Shown here: piece after piece, positions 60,379-64,000 of the stretch
Layout of the letters: every line of letters begins with the position of its first letter
Position numbering within the stretch: the stretch's first letter is position 1
Program-made: the position numbers and the translations under genes
From: Candidatus Doudnabacteria bacterium
Lineage (GTDB): Bacteria; Patescibacteriota; Doudnabacteria; UBA920
DNA: 64,000 nt
Assembly (NCBI GenBank): GCA_038230955.1
Contig: JBBRMG010000002.1
Span: 1,199-65,198, forward strand
Direction of reading: 5' to 3'
Notes under the pieces: model-generated
Told to the model about the DNA's origin: nothing
The model's database searches: none
Seen by the model: the letters and a program-made list of their open reading frames with translations, nothing else

Positions 60379-60856
60379 TTATTGTTTTACGCTTGCCTCT
60401 ACCGCGATATGTAGGAGTTAAGCTGTGACAGTTTGGGCAAAGAATTCTTAGATTCTCCATGCGATTATCGTGACGGTCCCCATTAATATGGTCTAACTCT
60501 AGAGGAGTATATCCATCAACGGTCTTTTCCGCCCAACCGCAATGTTCACAGTATCCAGGCTTCATTCCGGCCGCTATCAGTCTGGGTTTGAGTTTGTAGC
60601 TTTGATAGTAACTATGGCTAATCAATATCTCACCAAACGTTCTTTGGGGCTTACCAACGCCACTCATTCCTTTATTCCATGCCTGACCGGTAAAATGAGT
60701 AGTCTTGATTTTATACTGAACAATATATTTCTTTAGCTGATCATAGTTACCGCCAGCTGGACGTAATTTTAACCGAACTAAAACCTGTCTATAACTTTTA
60801 CTATTATAGACTGCATTTCTTAGTTCATCAATTGTCCAAGACCTTTTTCTATTCAT
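60341..60856 (-). CDS. HNH endonuclease (free-standing, tRNA-associated)
   Basis: CEHCG...LELDHINGDRHDNRMENLRILCPNCH. Confidence 0.9.
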   Translation of the reverse strand: MNRKRSWTIDELRNAVYNSKSYRQVLVRLKLRPAGGNYDQLKKYIVQYKIKTTHFTGQAWNKGMSGVGKPQRTFGEILISHSYYQSYKLKPRLIAAGMKPGYCEHCGWAEKTVDGYTPLELDHINGDRHDNRMENLRILCPNCHSLTPTYRGRGKRKTISPSGEIGYTRDT

Positions 60857-60911
60857 ACATATAGTATGCCTAAGGTCTGATCAAATTATGTTAAAGAACT
60901 TATCAAGCTTC

Positions 60912-60986
60912 TGGAGGTGCGAGCGGGAATCGAACCCGCGCATAGAGGTTTTGCAGACCACCGCGTTACCATTTCGCCATCGCACC
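60912..60986 (-). tRNA. tRNA-Cys (anticodon GCA)
   Basis: GGTGCGA..CTGCAAA..GCGGGTTCGATTCCCGC-TCGCACC-TCCA. Confidence 0.95.
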
Positions 60987-61085
60987 ACGTTTGGATAAAA
61001 GCTTACATATTGTAGCCGACTAGCGCATAAGATTCAAGAAACAAAAACCCCCGCTTCGTAAGCGGGGGAAAAATATAAATGTAGG

Positions 61086-61871
61086 TTACTTTTTTACCAG
61101 TTCTGCAGACCCTGCCAATGCAGTGTGCATTGTGTTGCCGTTATTGCTTACACGATCATAAGCTACTTGAGCAGACTGAGTCCACATATGATTTAACTGG
61201 ATCAACAAAGCTTGGTTGTTTCCAACCCAGTGGTTGGAAGCTTTCCCAGGACAAGGTTGTTTGTACAAACCACACATTTGCACCAGGGACATATCAGAGT
61301 ACTTTACTGCTGACTTGCGTGGATATTCGGTTAAGAAGTTATCCATGCTGACGATACCTTCACAGGTATTGTTGCCCATTTTCCATAATCGACCTCCACC
61401 TATTCCCCAATAGTTATATGTACCAGGAAGGGAGTGAAGTCCGAGACCACTTTCAGCGTTTGCCAGCGACAAAATTTTGTCAGCATTCTTCAGGTCGACT
61501 AACGTATCGACACAGTTGGCGAACGGCGAACCTCGGCTAGTTAAGTAATTGTGGAGGTTGTCTTTATATGTGTTTTTGGTTTGGAAATCCAAGTCATGAG
61601 CGGCCAATTCAGCGTAAGCTAATGACGGAATTTGTGATAGCTGGGCTACTTCTACGTTAGAAGCTGCTGCGACCACGATTTGGTCTTCGTTTGCAGGATT
61701 TGGTATTTGTCCTTTGACTTCAAAAACTTGAGCCGTCTTACCTTCATTCTGTAAGCTGAAATCAGCTTGGGCTACTAAATGGGGATATAGAATCCACACT
61801 AGAACCGGGATAAAAGCGAGAAACTGGATGCCTTTATCGATTGCAGAACCAAGGTTCAAGGAAGCTTTCAT
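61086..61871 (-). CDS. Membrane-anchored protein with possible lysozyme-like/glucosaminidase domain
   Basis: N-terminal TM; YL.SRGSP, SLANAESGLG and NYWGIG resemble a lysozyme-fold ES..G / N.WG pattern (inferred). Confidence 0.55.
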   Translation of the reverse strand: MKASLNLGSAIDKGIQFLAFIPVLVWILYPHLVAQADFSLQNEGKTAQVFEVKGQIPNPANEDQIVVAAASNVEVAQLSQIPSLAYAELAAHDLDFQTKNTYKDNLHNYLTSRGSPFANCVDTLVDLKNADKILSLANAESGLGLHSLPGTYNYWGIGGGRLWKMGNNTCEGIVSMDNFLTEYPRKSAVKYSDMSLVQMCGLYKQPCPGKASNHWVGNNQALLIQLNHMWTQSAQVAYDRVSNNGNTMHTALAGSAELVKK

Positions 61872-62257
61872 TTAATCAGATCAAATTCCTTTCTCCCCTT
61901 AATAATAGAGTTATTACTACGGACCGTAAGTTTACTAAGACGGCTCTCTAAAAACGGGACTTACTATATGGATTTTACCTAAATATTGATAGAATCCCTA
62001 TATTTGGCCCGTTTTTGGGCTCTTTTGGTTAAACAAAAAGAGTGCCGAACTAGCACCTTACAAAGTCATTATAGCAGAATTTTGACCTAAAATCAAGATG
62101 AAATTGTCAGATTCAGCCATAAATAAGGGCAAAAACGTTTTTTTAGGCTTGCCGGAGCGGCGAATTGGCTTGTTTCAGAGGATTTTCAGATTTAGTGATA
62201 TCTTTAACTTTCTTTGATGACAACTATGTTAGGCTCTAGTTAATTAATTTTAACCAT

Positions 62258-63436
62258 ATGCAATCGATAAAATTTTGTTTCATAGTGACTTTGTTGTTTG
62301 TGTTCCCTAACAATGTTTCAGCGGCTGGTGTTCATCATGCTAGAGTCTGTAGCGTTGCTAAAAAAGGAGGGCTAGCAAGTTGTAATGCTCAAGTTGTGGT
62401 TGATGCACAAGGCCATCCGTTATTTAGGTCTGTTCCACTAGGGTTTAGCCCTCAACAATTGCGTAGTGCTTACGGTGTGAGTGGGCAGGCTAATACTCCA
62501 TCTGTTGTAGCCATTGTTGATGCTTATGATGACCCTACTATCAAGAAAGACTTGGATATGTTTAGTCGGAAATTCGGGCTGTCCATATTACCTGATTGCC
62601 AAGGCCTGCCCACTAATGCGTTGCCCTGCTTTACTAAAATGAATCAACGGGGCAAAAAGGCTTTGCCCGTCCCTAATGCTGGGTGGGCCATGGAAATAGC
62701 TTTAGATGTGGAAGCAGTACACGCATTATGCGAAAATTGTTCAATATTATTAGTGGAGGCCGACTCTCCGAATACAAAAAATTTGCTGTTTGCCGAAGAC
62801 ACAGCTGTTGCGGCGGGTGCTCAAGTGATATCTAATTCATGGGGAGGTCCCGAATTTGTAGGGGAAGTTACATTGGACAGCCATTTCAAACAAACAGGTA
62901 TCGCCTATGTATTTAGTAGTGGTGATTCGGGTTATGGAGTACAATATCCGGCAGCCTCACAGTTTGTAACGGCTGTGGATGGTACTAGTTTATTCATGAG
63001 TGGAATGTCTTACAAAGACGAGAACGCTTGGAGTGGTGCTGGTAGTGGCTGTTCCATGTTTGAACCAAAGCCATTGTGGCAAAAGGATGGGCAATGTTCC
63101 GGACGGACAGTGGCTGACGTTTCAGCAGTGGCTGATCCCACTACGGGGACGGCAGTCTATAGCTCTACTAGTCCGAATGGGAAAAAAGGCTGGTTTATGG
63201 CAGGCGGCACCAGTTTAGCAGCACCGATAGTGGCGGCAATTTATGCCATGGCGGGAGATATTACTGGTGACATAAGGGCAAACAGCGCTCCCTATCTCCG
63301 AGGATCAAAGAAAAATTTGCATGATGTATCTGGCGGCAAAAATGGTGATTGTTCATTCAATTACCTTTGTGAGGGAGTAACGAAATACGATGGCCCGACG
63401 GGGCTAGGCAGTCCAAAAGGCCTGGGAGCGTTTTAG
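62258..63436 (+). CDS. Secreted S53 (sedolisin-like) serine peptidase
   Basis: Signal peptide; EIALD (Glu/Asp), SNSWG, SSGD, GGTS and YDGPTGLG motifs. Confidence 0.88.
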   Translation: MQSIKFCFIVTLLFVFPNNVSAAGVHHARVCSVAKKGGLASCNAQVVVDAQGHPLFRSVPLGFSPQQLRSAYGVSGQANTPSVVAIVDAYDDPTIKKDLDMFSRKFGLSILPDCQGLPTNALPCFTKMNQRGKKALPVPNAGWAMEIALDVEAVHALCENCSILLVEADSPNTKNLLFAEDTAVAAGAQVISNSWGGPEFVGEVTLDSHFKQTGIAYVFSSGDSGYGVQYPAASQFVTAVDGTSLFMSGMSYKDENAWSGAGSGCSMFEPKPLWQKDGQCSGRTVADVSAVADPTTGTAVYSSTSPNGKKGWFMAGGTSLAAPIVAAIYAMAGDITGDIRANSAPYLRGSKKNLHDVSGGKNGDCSFNYLCEGVTKYDGPTGLGSPKGLGAF

Positions 63437-63534
63437 TAATTGCGTTTAGATAAAAGAAAATGCTCCACTTTTGTGAGGCATTTTCTTTTGTAGCTCTTGG
63501 TGGAGGATGTTAGAACTGAGGTGAGTCTTACAAT

Positions 63535-64000
63535 CTAGACCAAAAACACCCTACTTTGATATTCGGGCAATAATACAAGTTCAAATCCATGTCCAACATT
63601 ATCCAGCTTGCCTTTATATTTTTCTGAATAGTGCGGAATAATTCTAATTGGAAGAATTCCCAATCCTTCAATAATACTATTCGCATTCGGGCTATAGCAA
63701 AATTTTCCTAAGATATTGGCTCCCGCAGATTCTCCAGCGATTACTTTTCCATTTAATAACTCTCTTGAAATTGGGAATGTCTTAAGTGTTTCGAGACTTC
63801 AAAGTCTTGTCTCCAATAAAGTATATAACATCTGCCGATTGTATTTGTTCGATAAAATTTTGTTCATTGGCAACCTCAAATATCAGCTGGTTTTGTGTTT
63901 TGGTTTGGTTGAATTCTGCTTTTACTCTTGTGGTATTCTCATTCACCGTTTCAATTTCTTTAGCAAAACAAACTAACAATATCTTAGAATTTTGTGGGAC
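63535..64000 (-). pseudogene. Frameshifted peptidase S51 / class I glutamine amidotransferase-like gene (5' end outside window)
   Basis: One frame gives ...SADVIYF.. ending at TAA 63782; another frame continues LETLK..KVIAGESAGA..GLGILP..PHY to TAG 63535. Confidence 0.7.

Overview
Core-chromosome window around the replication origin of a small-genome bacterium. The gene content and protein types (truncated TsaB, several TrmB paralogues, many N-terminally anchored hypotheticals, tRNA-Ile(UAU)) fit Patescibacteria/CPR; this assignment is inferred and no search was run. Housekeeping genes: rpoB, rpoC (partial), ruvA/ruvB/ruvC (dispersed), FemAB-murE-tsaB, uvrB, rpsT, polA, a PilB/GspE ATPase, tsaE, recF-dnaN-oriC-dnaA, rpmH-rnpA-yidD-yidC-jag, a class A PBP, tyrS, yebC, rsmI, gyrA, rpsA, and three tRNAs (Ile-UAU, Leu-UAA, Cys-GCA). 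The most unusual elements are: (1) three divergent TrmB-like regulator / membrane-anchored solute-binding protein modules with palindromic operators over the -35 boxes; two have no transporter, and the third has an ABC ATPase fused to a TrmB-type effector domain; (2) a dispersed family of hairpin-in-hairpin repeats with a conserved core and variable outer arms; (3) a gyrA-HAD intergenic region with a promoter/terminator-bounded sRNA candidate and a D-armless tRNA/tmRNA-TLD-like RNA candidate; (4) an HNH nuclease between two tRNAs whose stop codon is the tRNA-Leu anticodon; (5) a surface protein ending in a C-terminal domain typical of Blastocatellia (Acidobacteria), next to a (CT)n-frameshifted secreted gene; (6) an unannotated 35-aa acidic microprotein; (7) widespread leaderless gene starts. 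No CRISPR array, rRNA, transposase or integrase was seen.
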